This document shows, piece after piece, positions 26,420-37,300 of a stretch of 64,000 nucleotides of DNA. The position numbers and the translations under genes are program-made. The notes under the pieces were generated by a model. It was not told the DNA's origin. It did not search any database and saw only the letters and a list, made by a program, of their open reading frames with translations. The first letter of the stretch is position 1; the number at the start of each line of letters is the position of its first letter. Source of the stretch: an uncultured Planctomycetia bacterium (lineage in GTDB: Bacteria; Omnitrophota; Gorgyraeia; Gorgyraeales; Gorgyraeaceae); assembly GCA_964415355.1 (NCBI GenBank), contig CAYPYS010000001.1, positions 215,399 through 279,398 on the forward strand, written 5' to 3'.

Positions 26420-27733
26420 CTACGTTTTCAGAAGCTCGCGTTCTTTTATGGCCTGAACCTCGGCTCCCAGTTCTTCCGGTGTCTTCTCGCCGATGATAAT
26501 AGACTGTATACCCTTGTCAAACCTCTCTATGACCACTGGAAATTCTGCCACGCCCCACACGTTTGGATGCGTAACAACATCCATATCGTCCGCAAACTGC
26601 GCCAGAATCTCTGGTATATCGCTTAAACTGTATCCATTGGAAGGTAAATTCCTCGTTTCTCTCGCCAGGAAAACCTGCTGCTCTGTATCGGTAAGCCATT
26701 CTAAAAACTCAACTGCCTTCTCGATATGAGACGAATTATTGTTGACTATAAAACTCGAACCAGCCCCGCCCCAGATCTTCATTGGAAATCTATCGCCTGC
26801 GGCCGGCGGTAACATTACCCCATAATTTAGATCAGGATTCATACCCTCGTACACATTCACGCACCACGATCCATTAAAAGCAAAGGCTGCGCGACCATTC
26901 GCGAAAAGCTGCTCCGCAGTCTTATTTACCATCGTAACAATCCCGCTCGCCAGAAGTTCCTCGTCGCGCATCTGGCGGAACAGATCAAACACCTTTATCC
27001 AATCAGGATCTGTATAAGGCACCCTCCCGCGGATCGTATCTAAAACCTTATTCTCACCCATAATATTAAAAGCATAATTAGACGCGATGCAATCAATTAT
27101 CCATTTCTCGCCCCAGCCGCTCACAAGCCCTTGGATACCATTTGCTTTTAAAAGCCTGTTAACTTCTAAAAAATCATCCCATGTCGCAGGAGGATTAGAA
27201 GCATCCCAACCAACCTGCGCTAATAAATCTTTATTGTAGAGCATCTGGATATTTGTAACATCGAGAGGCACACCGTAAATCCCGGGCACCACGCTAAAGG
27301 CATTGCCTTTGCCAAACTCATTCACAGCGAGCGCTTTTTCAAAAAACCTTTTCCTCCACTCGCCATCATTCGCATTTATCGCTTCTGTAAGATTATAGAT
27401 ATGGCCGGCTTTGATAAAACTCGCAAAATCTCTTTTTTCTCCGAGGATTCCAAATATATCGGGCAGGGTATTTGTCTGTGCAGCTGCTCTTACCTTTTGA
27501 GTGTAGGCATCAGAAGGCGCATAAAGTTCGAAATTTATCTTTACGCCTGTTTTGATTTTATATTTCTCAGCCAGCTCGAGTAAGACCTCTTCTTTGTCGC
27601 TCATCCAATGCCATACTGTAATGGTTTCGACGCCTTGGCCTTGTGAAGCGCAGCTAGCTAAAAAAATACTTAAGAAAACTACAAAGGAAGAGTATATAAA
27701 AAAAAGATAAATCTTCCTGTAGAGACAATTCAT
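26420..27733 (-). CDS. Carbohydrate ABC transporter substrate-binding lipoprotein
   Basis: Lipobox LASC, ITVWHW, LPDIF, IYGVP, LYNKDLL, PPATWDDF, FANGRAAF. Alternative start 27751. Confidence 0.92.
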   Translation of the reverse strand: MNCLYRKIYLFFIYSSFVVFLSIFLASCASQGQGVETITVWHWMSDKEEVLLELAEKYKIKTGVKINFELYAPSDAYTQKVRAAAQTNTLPDIFGILGEKRDFASFIKAGHIYNLTEAINANDGEWRKRFFEKALAVNEFGKGNAFSVVPGIYGVPLDVTNIQMLYNKDLLAQVGWDASNPPATWDDFLEVNRLLKANGIQGLVSGWGEKWIIDCIASNYAFNIMGENKVLDTIRGRVPYTDPDWIKVFDLFRQMRDEELLASGIVTMVNKTAEQLFANGRAAFAFNGSWCVNVYEGMNPDLNYGVMLPPAAGDRFPMKIWGGAGSSFIVNNNSSHIEKAVEFLEWLTDTEQQVFLARETRNLPSNGYSLSDIPEILAQFADDMDVVTHPNVWGVAEFPVVIERFDKGIQSIIIGEKTPEELGAEVQAIKERELLKT

Positions 27734-27770
27734 CTTTCCCCCGATTTCCATATTTTAAATCACGACTCGA

Positions 27771-28106
27771 TCAATTGGCTGCAAAAAGCCTTGACATGCC
27801 TTCGCCAAACTTAAGGCCAACGCCATCCTTCTCAACCCTTACAACCTCAGCCTCTCCTGTGAGTCGTGAAAAAGGAAAATCTCTTCTGTCGTCCTTAGGC
27901 ACTGATAAGTATATATTGAGCTTATCCTGGGGCTTGATATTCTTAATATCTATATTTATTACATATGCACCATGATAACTTAGGTTCAGAGTAAGCCCCT
28001 CTTGTGCCTCTCGCTTCTTATCGGCTGCGCCACGGTTAACGTTTACGGGAAGAGATAAATCTATCCTTTTAGACTGCCTCTTCTCCATAAAATCTCCAGC
28101 CCTCAT
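27771..28106 (-). CDS. PilZ-domain (c-di-GMP receptor) protein
   Basis: RxxxR (KRQSKR), NLSYHGA (D/NxSxxG), GEAEVVRV...GVGLKF; AGGAGG RBS. Confidence 0.85.
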   Translation of the reverse strand: MRAGDFMEKRQSKRIDLSLPVNVNRGAADKKREAQEGLTLNLSYHGAYVINIDIKNIKPQDKLNIYLSVPKDDRRDFPFSRLTGEAEVVRVEKDGVGLKFGEGMSRLFAAN

Positions 28107-28141
28107 CAACACCTCCTTTTTGAAAACGCTTTCTTGCTATG

Positions 28142-28170
28142 ACTATACCACAACCCTTAAGATTTTAAAA
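28142..28170 (-). promoter_or_regulatory. Possible extended -10 promoter for the PilZ-ABC operon
   Basis: Minus strand TGG-TATAGT with a weak -35 and an A-rich upstream tract. Confidence 0.4.
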
Positions 28171-28212
28171 GCTTTTTTTTATTTTTTTTCACCTTAACCT
28201 CACATTTTGTCG

Positions 28213-28264
28213 TTTCCCTCTCTTCGTAGGGGAGACTTAAGTCTCCCCTACGAAGAGAGGGAAA
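28213..28264. repeat. 52-bp perfect palindrome with GTAG-type REP core
   Basis: TTTCCCTCTCTTC-GTAGGGGAGACTTAAGTCTCCCCTAC-GAAGAGAGGGAAA. Confidence 0.9.
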
Positions 28265-28267
28265 GCT

Positions 28268-28304
28268 TAAGCATACACTTCAACATTGTTGAAGTGTATA
28301 CTTA
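28268..28304. repeat. 37-bp palindromic element, copy 15 (supplies the stop codon of the giant gene)
   Basis: TAAGCATACACTTCAACATTGTTGAAGTGTATACTTA; TTA 28302-28304 is the stop codon. Confidence 0.93.
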
Positions 28305-31300
28305 AGGGCACCAAGAAGCAGCTACAGGTGCTACCTCAGGATCTTCTGGGGGATTGATATTATTTCGCTCAGATTTAAAGAATTTAATAGTATGAATACC
28401 AGCGTATATTAAGAGAGCGATCAGAAAAATGATTAAAAGGGCAGTAATTGCTTCTGTGCCTGACGTTAGCGACGGTGAATGATTCTCGACATAACGGTGT
28501 AAGATTTGGTGAATATCAAAAAACGACATAAAGAACATGCTAAATCCGGATAGATAATCAAGCGTTTCTCTCTGCCCCAGAGAGCAAATTTCTAAAAACT
28601 CCTGTACATCATGAGTAGTATATTCATAACCATTATTCCCTACAGCATCTATTATCTCATCAATCCTAGGCTTTCTATCTAGCGCGAACTCTAATCTTTC
28701 AATCTCGTATTCAATTACAAGGCACAAATCAGCTGTATCAAACATTGGATCAAAAGCCCCATCTCTTTTACTATTTAACAAAACAAGCCTATCTCCATCT
28801 TTCGGAAACGGGCCATACTCCTGCCTTAGAGCTATAGCCTCGACAATAAAATAACGAATAGAAGACTTTAAATATGCCCTGAAAGAAGCTACTCGCACCT
28901 GATCTTTGAGTAAAAAGTAGAATAAATTAAAGTGACGACTTGCAAATATCAATTTATCCTCAGCCACTAAGCGTCTCATATCAGACCTAAATTTATGCAC
29001 GAATGGAAGATGAGCTTTGATCAATTCCTTGCTGACCTTACTTCTAATTGAACGACTTAGAGACAACAGTAAAATGCCAGATTCCATGCAATTTTTTTCT
29101 GTCCATTCTATATATGATCTGTCGCCTATCTGCTCCAAGAAAGATTCCAATCTTTCTTCATCTTCTGTAATCCTATCTGAAATATGCCTCTGTAGAGTTT
29201 TTGCTTCAGGTCTATCAAGAAAGATCTCACTCAATGCATAAAGAGAATTTTTATTAAGGCCTCTTAAAATAAGTCGCAATTTAATATGCAACTTGTCAGC
29301 TTCTGTGAGTAGCTGTGATAAATCTAATATTGGCAACGCGGCACTGCCGGCTAGCATATTTTGAAAACCAACCGTCACTTCTTCAGGATTTATTATAACC
29401 TTAGCAATCCAAGAATCAGATATCTCAAAATCAAAATCACTATTTTTAAATATTTCTACAGCTTTTGCATAATGTACAATTTCTTTTTCAGGACGACCGC
29501 TTCTTATGATTTTGGCAAGACAACTATCTTCTTCAATTCCCCTATTTCTTAACATGTTAATTAGCCTTAGAATCTCGACTTCGGAACGGCTGCTTTTTAT
29601 GATTTGAGCAATATGCACAGACCCTGTAACTCCTTTGTTTCCTTTTAGCTGTTCAATTAACCTTAAAATCTTATCTTCGGCACGACTAGAACCTATTATA
29701 TAAGCAATATGCGCACACTCTGCGATTTCTTTTGCCCGTAATGCGGTAATCAATCTTAAAATCTCATCCTCGGAACGCTTAGTGCTTATAATTTTAGCAA
29801 TATGCGCACCTTCTATAATACCTTTGTCTTCTAACTTGTCAATTAGGCTTAAGATCTCAGTTTCGGAACGCCTGCTTCTCATGATTTGAGCAATATGGGT
29901 AGTCTCTGTAATTCCATTCTCTTTTAGTACATTAATTACAGTCCAAATCTCATCTTCAGAACGACTACTACATATAATTAAAGCAACATGCGCACTCTCT
30001 GTAATCTCTTCTACTTTTAACTTGTCAATTAGGTTTAAGATTTTATCTCGAGAACGTTCGGTGTTTATAATTTTAGCAATATGCGTAAGTCCTGTGATTT
30101 CCTTTGCCCTCAGTGCAACAATTAGACTTAAAATATCATTTTCAGAACGACCACTTCTTATAATTTGAGCAATATGAGTACCTTCTATAATACCTTTGTC
30201 TTCTAGCTTGTCAATTAGTCTTGATATCTCATCTTTTGAACGCCTACTAGCTATGATCTGAGCAATATAAGCATTGTTTACAATTCCTTTTCTCCGAAGC
30301 ATCTCTATTACATCCAAAATCTTCTCTTCAGAACGACTGCTTCTCGCAATCATGGCAATATGCGCTCCTTTTGCAACCTTTCTTTCTTGCAATACATCAA
30401 CCAGGCTTAAAACATCCTCTTTAGAGCGCTTGTTACTTATTATTGTAAAAATTTGATAACTATTAAATAGGTAGCTATGATGTTGCGTTTCTCTTTTTCT
30501 CATAGTAATTAAAGCTTGCAAAGTGTCGAGCTTTATTTCAAGTCTTTGAAACCGTGAAATGCGCATAGCCCTCTCATTGTCAAACAGAAGCTTCCCGTCT
30601 CTTTTAATTCTACTAATAAATACCTGAATCTGAGGATTTATTTCGTTTCTTTCTTTCTCTGAATCAAACAGGAGTCTAATATTATTTATATTTTCCTCTA
30701 TCTGTGCTATCTCTCGAGACATCACAGATGAATGCGCCCTCTTAGGCGTCCCTGCAAAGGATGTCGTTGTCATGACAAAAAATACAAATCCATACACACC
30801 TGACATCACGAACATCTTAGAGATCGCTTCGTCTACTTGTAATAAATTGATAATAGCTCCTAAGCCTAAATATATAAGTACAGCAACTCCCAGGGCAATG
30901 AGAAGGTATCGTCGTTGGCGGGTTTCTTTGGCTGATTCCTTAGAAAGAAAGTCTAGTATCTCTTTAATATCTGCTTTGACTCCCTCAGGAACATTTGGTC
31001 CCGTATGCCAGCTTTTAACGATCATACCGGCTATCTCTCTATTTCTTTCTGCTTGTTCTCTGTTCTCTTCGGCGTGATTACGTAAAGATTCTGCTTGTCT
31101 GCGTCTCAGATCTGCCATTGAATAATCATTTTTCCTATCATATTCAAAAGCTTGTCTCTCTAATCTCTCAACTTCCTCATCTTGTTCTTTTGCCCTTTCC
31201 TCTAATTCTGCGGCCTTAGCTAAAAACTTTTCTACTTTTATAGAATTTCTCATGCGATACGCCGCACCTAACTCTCTTATTGCATCTTCAGTAGGCATTC

Positions 31301-34300
31301 TACGAGACAACCACCAGCTACGCAAACTAAAAACTATAAGCCAAACAAAAATTATAACTGCAACAATGGCAGAGACCATCTGCAATATCGAAAGCCACTG
31401 AATTATATCCGAAACTTCATAGCTGGAGAAATCTACAAACGGGGCAAAGGGTATAACTAGAGGAATATACTTAGTAATGTTTTCTCTTAAAGCCTCTATA
31501 ACATGTTCTTTATATCTCTCATAAGCATATTTAGGGGATATAGCTAAGTGCACCATTCTAACGCTGATGCCTTTTTTATCAAGAACACTAAAAATATGAT
31601 CAATTTCTCTTGCGATATTCTTAGAAGACGGTTTCTTCTTTTCTCTCTTTTTCCTCTTGTCCCTTCTTCCTTTAGGCCATTTTCTATTCGTAAAATAATC
31701 AAGGCAAAATGTTAACACTACTTGTCTTCTAATATTAGGCAACTCATTGACACTAGAGAAAATGCCTTCGAAATCCCTAAGGCCGAGCAAGCCATAATCC
31801 ATAATATCTAATCTGCTCCAAGACGGTCTAACCCACCAGATATTACAACCCTTGCGCCTAGCCCATACCACCCAGTTGGATTCATCTACCCTTGAAACCA
31901 AATTATGATCCGGATCATCTGAGTCATAATCAAATGCAATAACTGAATCACCGCCCCATAATAAATCCAATACTTTATCATGCGTATAAGTAACTTTTAA
32001 GTATTTCTCTTTTATTAAATAGCCACGTTTTCTTTTAAATATTATCCAATATAAAACAACTACAACAATAATCCAAAACACAATAGACCGAATATTTGAT
32101 AAACTCCCTCCACCAGAAGGCGAGCCAAACTGCAAGATCTCTGCGCTACTAAAACCCAAACCAAGCGTCGTTGCGCAAACATATGTAGCATCCTTTGTCT
32201 TGCGCCTCAGCCACTTTGCTACGTTGACTAAAGCTGCGCTTCCTATGATAATCGCCAAGGGGCTAAATTTTACCCGCCACATCAATCTACGACCAGCTCT
32301 TCTTTGCTCCTCTTCAAAATCCTCTATACCTAATTCCTCTTTATACCTCTCACCCTCTTGCTTCAGCTCTTCCATATGCTCTAATGCATTATATGCAGTC
32401 ACTGCATAGCCAAGATCTTCAGCATCGCAAAATCCCAGCTCTTCCATAACAATCCTCATGAAAACTCTCTTCATCGCATCCATCTTCAAATCCTCGTGCG
32501 TAATATCTCCTTTGATCCGAACTACCCGAATGCCTTCTAGAAATCCCCTGGCCTCTTCGTTTTCCGGAAGTCTTTCGAAAGCATCCGGATTTACCATGCC
32601 GTCTCCGAGCCCCCCGCTTCTCCCGCAGCCCAGGATACGCAAATCTTCAAAATCCAGAAACGGGAAGTCCTTATTTAACCAGTTGAATATCGCTGAATTA
32701 GATGAAGCTGCACATATAAGTGTGATATGAGGCAGGCCAGGATTATCTCTCTTTGCCTTATACATCCCCTCCTGCACCTCTTTTAAGAATTCGCTATCAT
32801 CGAGCGACTGCAGTAAGATTGTAAGATCTTCTTCAGGCGCCTCGCCTTCAAACCAGAACCATTTCTTTGATAGGCCCATAAGCCTCCAGAAAAGCGCCTG
32901 GCCCAAACCCTTCATCCATGTCGTGCCTAAAGTCGAAAGCCCATTTAAGGCAGGCGCGCCAAGCATAACCTCTGAAATCCTCTCGGCTATATGAGGATAC
33001 TGAGGCAGATCCTTGTACAGCGACCCTACGACAAGGCTCCCTATGCTTATGCCGAAAAGGACTATATCTCTATTTAACAAAAACGGGAAATCTAAAATCT
33101 CTTCTAAAAGTGGTATGATTTTTTCAATTTGGTTTTGTCCATACGTATACCTGCCTGCGTCAATATATCTATCCTTGTAGCAACCTATTGTTATGACTAT
33201 TGTTTCTTCCGCAAGTTCTCTCGCCCCTGAATGCGGATGCCATAAAACAAAATCTCCTTTTAGAGAAGGGTCCATGATTTCTTTTACCTTGACATTGCCC
33301 CAGGCAAAAAATTCAAGCGCACCATAGCCCGGGATATGTATGATGACTTTTTTATTACTATGCCCGCCGTTCATTTGTCCGACCGGGCCTCCTATGTGGA
33401 CCTCAAAAGAGCCGACATCCAACTGAATGATCTCTTGCCTAAACACCTTATCTCCCCTCACTCGCTCACCACTGCCTTCTATGCCATGAAACGGCATCTT
33501 CCATATCGCCAATTCTTCTTTAATAGAACTAAGGAGTTTTTTATTTCTTCTTTGGAGTTTCTTCTTTAGCTCCTCCAGCGCTTCTGCAGATTCTTTTGTG
33601 TATATATCTCCAAGGGCCTTTACAGCATCCATACGCTCTTCTGATCCCAGATCTCCCCGCAACACAATCTCTTTTAATTCATCTATGCGAGACGGCTCCC
33701 TGGCTTTGTGTGCTTTGTGCGTAAAAAAGTCTCTAAAGGTTTTCCAAATAACCAATAAAACCAATAGAGTTAAAAGATGTCTTGTCTCGCCGGGATTTTT
33801 TACGCGTAGACACGTGCAAGCTTCTTCTGCCTTTACATCATTACCAGCCTTGCCAAAACCATCGCCAAAATGACAAGCCTCCTCGACAAATCCATCTTCT
33901 CCGACCCTAACATCTAAATACTGCGCCAATAACCTGATCCCAATTGCTTTATTGCCAATATCTACGAATACGTCATGACTGCTACTAAAGGCAACAAAAG
34001 GCAAGGCGTGTTTTTTTCTTGCAGAATGTTTATTGACCCGTTCTGTAACTTCCAAAGCTATATATTCCAACAATGAACCAGCAACGCGTCCTTTCGGCAC
34101 CATGCCAACCGCCAGTTCTTTTCGAATTATTGTTGCCCCTACGCTTAATCTCTTTACGCTTTCTTCCAGCGCCTCTTGAGCAATATCCAATATCCTGCGA
34201 ACACTTCTTTTATCCCATCGCGTCTTGCCGCTCGGGTCCCATTCTTCTTTCGGAATCTCTTCTATGCGCCCTTCTCTATCTATCCTATACAAATAATTGC

Positions 34301-37300
34301 ACTGGCCTCCCATGATGTAAAACTTACCTATATCTTTTCTCTCAGGATAGTCAGGGAACACTTTCATCATCATGTCAATGATCCCCTGGAATTTTTGTCT
34401 ATATTTATGTGGCTCGTCAGGATGACTCAGCGCAGTCACAACAGCCACATTTATGCGAAACATCAATAGTATAACTATTAATGCCGCTAATAGGCCCTTT
34501 TTCAAAACACTGCCGCCCTGTTTATATAATGTGCCATCGCCGTCAAGAGTAACTAATTTTGGTCCTCTGGCAACAATTTTTCTCAATAGGAATTTCACTG
34601 TTGCCGCAAGAGGAGGCGAATGGAACATGCGGGCCAGGTATTTTAATATGCCGGATTTGTAGATAAGGTATGCGATTAGTAATAAAACAACGACTGTCAT
34701 TGCGAGAAGCAACAACGGCGAAGCAATCTCTAACTTTACATTCCAACGTTGTTGAAGTGTGAAGTTAAAGAGTAAAAACATAGGCATGGACATGGAGCTG
34801 CCTGGCCCATGAGTGTCTCTTTTTGTTCTCTCAGAAACCTTAAGCCTTTCGATAATATTTTTGCGTACCGAGTCAATGTCAAAACCACTCCCCGGGCCTT
34901 CTCCTATGAATCTTTCCACAAAATCGCCGCCCATCTCTTCAGTAGAAGGAGATTTCTTACCAAAACCCCCAGCCAACTCTGGCCCTATATGCGCCAATGC
35001 CTTCTTTTGATATGATGCAGCTTCTATCTTATCTGCATCTGGTACCAGACCTTTCATTGTCACATTATCTCTAGAATAGAAATAGAAATTGAATCCACCA
35101 GCCCATGGAGCGAGATAATATAAAACAATAATCTCCACATCCTTAAGACCCTCTGATTCACTTGACAAGTCTGTTAATACACTAAGTATCATGTCTGTAA
35201 CTACATTATGAGTGGGATGACCGTCTTCTCTATGCGGCATTATTACTACAAACTGCCCTTCTTCTCTAATAGCATCTTGATAGGCTTTTATAAATTCCTG
35301 AAACCTAATCTTCAATTTTCCAGCTGCTTCTATAAGTTCCTCACGGGATGGCATTACATCTGGGCTAGGTATATCAGGAATAATATTAAGATTCTCGACT
35401 ATTACAGCGCCTTCTCTCTCGCCAGATAAAACCACGCCGGCATTTCGCGCCTCCTCCCCTCTTATCTTTATTTTAAGGCTCTTTTCATCTACATGAGGCC
35501 TTGCCCTGTCTACATCATTCAAGATTATCCCTGCTTCGCCAGCGCTGAATACCATATTAATCATTATCACCTCATTCTCTGCGCCTGCTATAGCCATGCC
35601 ACCAGCTGCAATTTCCATGTCATCAGGGTGAGGCGAAGTAAAGATAAGCGGTATTCTTCTGGTTATTCTTATAGGGATAAATCCTTCGGGGGCCTTCTCT
35701 CCTTCAAATACAATAGCATGAGGCTGTTGTGAATCTGCGAGCACGCGTTCCCCATTTTTTATCCTGCCCACAACAAATGAATGAGCATATTCATAATCCA
35801 CTGCATCTCTTTCAGGAATCAATCCGTATCTTTTACCTAGCGTAGCAGCATGCTTCATGACCCAGTGAGTAATTTTTACATATTCGGTTCGGCGCGTCTG
35901 GCTTTTATGCTTACCGACAGCCTTTTTAACTCTATCTGCGATTTTTTTGCCAAAAGTGAAAACTAGGTTTACATATGAAGGATACTCAAAAGATTCATAA
36001 TAAAAGGTATATACATCCGGATAAACCTCGGCTCTATACTCTGTGACAAGCTCTCTGTTTTCTGGCGAATATGGCATCATAATAAAATCTGGCCTATAGT
36101 CGCCTAAAATATCTCCCAAGGCCTTTGCACTGTTTAATCTATACACCCTTATTTCGTTTCCATTAAGCCTTAATGCCTCAACAACATTACCGGCAAATAC
36201 CATATAATCATTTTCTACGACTTCAAACACTGCTACTTTCTTTCGTGCAGGCAATGGACATTTATTTATAGCCTCTGGTAAGTCAGGTTTATCGCTAAGA
36301 ATCACATTGCCGGATAGAGGAGACCAGTTTGACTCAGTATACCGAAGACAATTTAGATTTGCATTAATGTCATCTCTAAGACTCCTGACTTTCAAGACAA
36401 GAGATTCATCCTCTATGTTCCTCGCCATTGCCCCTAGAGTATCAAGTAGCGTTTTCTCTAAAGCAGGGAGCTCAGCAGGAATCCTCCCTGCATGGATAAA
36501 CGCAAAGAGTCTCTGAACACTTGAGGAGGGATAGGTTTTATTACGTTTCCGCAGGTCTTCTTCTAGAGACTGCCAGATTTGTTCGCAGTCCTGTTCCTTA
36601 AATACTCCTATAGCTTTTCCAGTCTCAAAAGTCAGCTGAACCGCTTCAAGGGCTTTGGGGTATAATGGACTCTCGGGATCAAGTACCATCCCTACCCAAA
36701 GTTCTTCAATCCTACGCAACAAACCATCTTCTTTAAAAAGATTGGCAAGCGGCACGACATTGACTGCCATAGTAACCATGGCCTTCACCCACTCATGCCA
36801 AATTGAATCAGCATTCTTGCCTGCATCCTCTGGAATGATTGCAGGATAATCTCTTTCTTCAAGGATTTCTTTAACGCGCCTTCGCTGAGCAATGTTATTA
36901 ATGCCCAGTCCTGCTGCTGCCAGAATAACCTTACCCTTCTTGCCTGGTATATAGACCATTGTCGGAACACCGTCTATTTCTCGCTCTTCTCTCCTGCCAG
37001 ATTGTCCTACAATTCCCCGAATCACGCATCCAGCAATGGATGTTTTGGTCTCATCAGACAATGTCTTTAACTGCTTTGAAGCACAGATTCTTTTAAATAA
37101 AGTATCAATAAACTCCTTATAATAAATCCCATTGCTCAAAAGAATAAACTTTGGTACCAATAGTTGAACGTCACCTTCGATCGCAAAATATCCCTGCCCT
37201 GCCATCACTTCTAAGAGCTCTACTAGTTCGTCCATGAAGCTCGTTAGTATCTTATCTGTATGCGGCGCAACAAAGACAACATCAGGGAGATGTCTGCTGC

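Noticed and set aside
837-28304. 37-bp repeat as a CRISPR array
   Set aside because: Length and the ...AATGTAAA(C/G) end loosely recall CRISPR repeats, but copies are separated by whole genes, occur in both orientations, are fully palindromic, and no cas genes are present.
837-28304. 37-bp repeat as integron attC sites
   Set aside because: TAAC...GTTA ends and stop-codon overlap resemble attC. However, the element is too short, has no extrahelical bases, often ends TAAG/CTTA, flanks core genes, and no integrase is seen.
837-28304. 37-bp repeat as Rho-independent terminators or ROK operators
   Set aside because: The stem is AT-rich with no U-tract and lies inside apparent operons. Copies also border ychF/purH and overlap stop codons rather than promoters. 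A binding role is not fully excluded.
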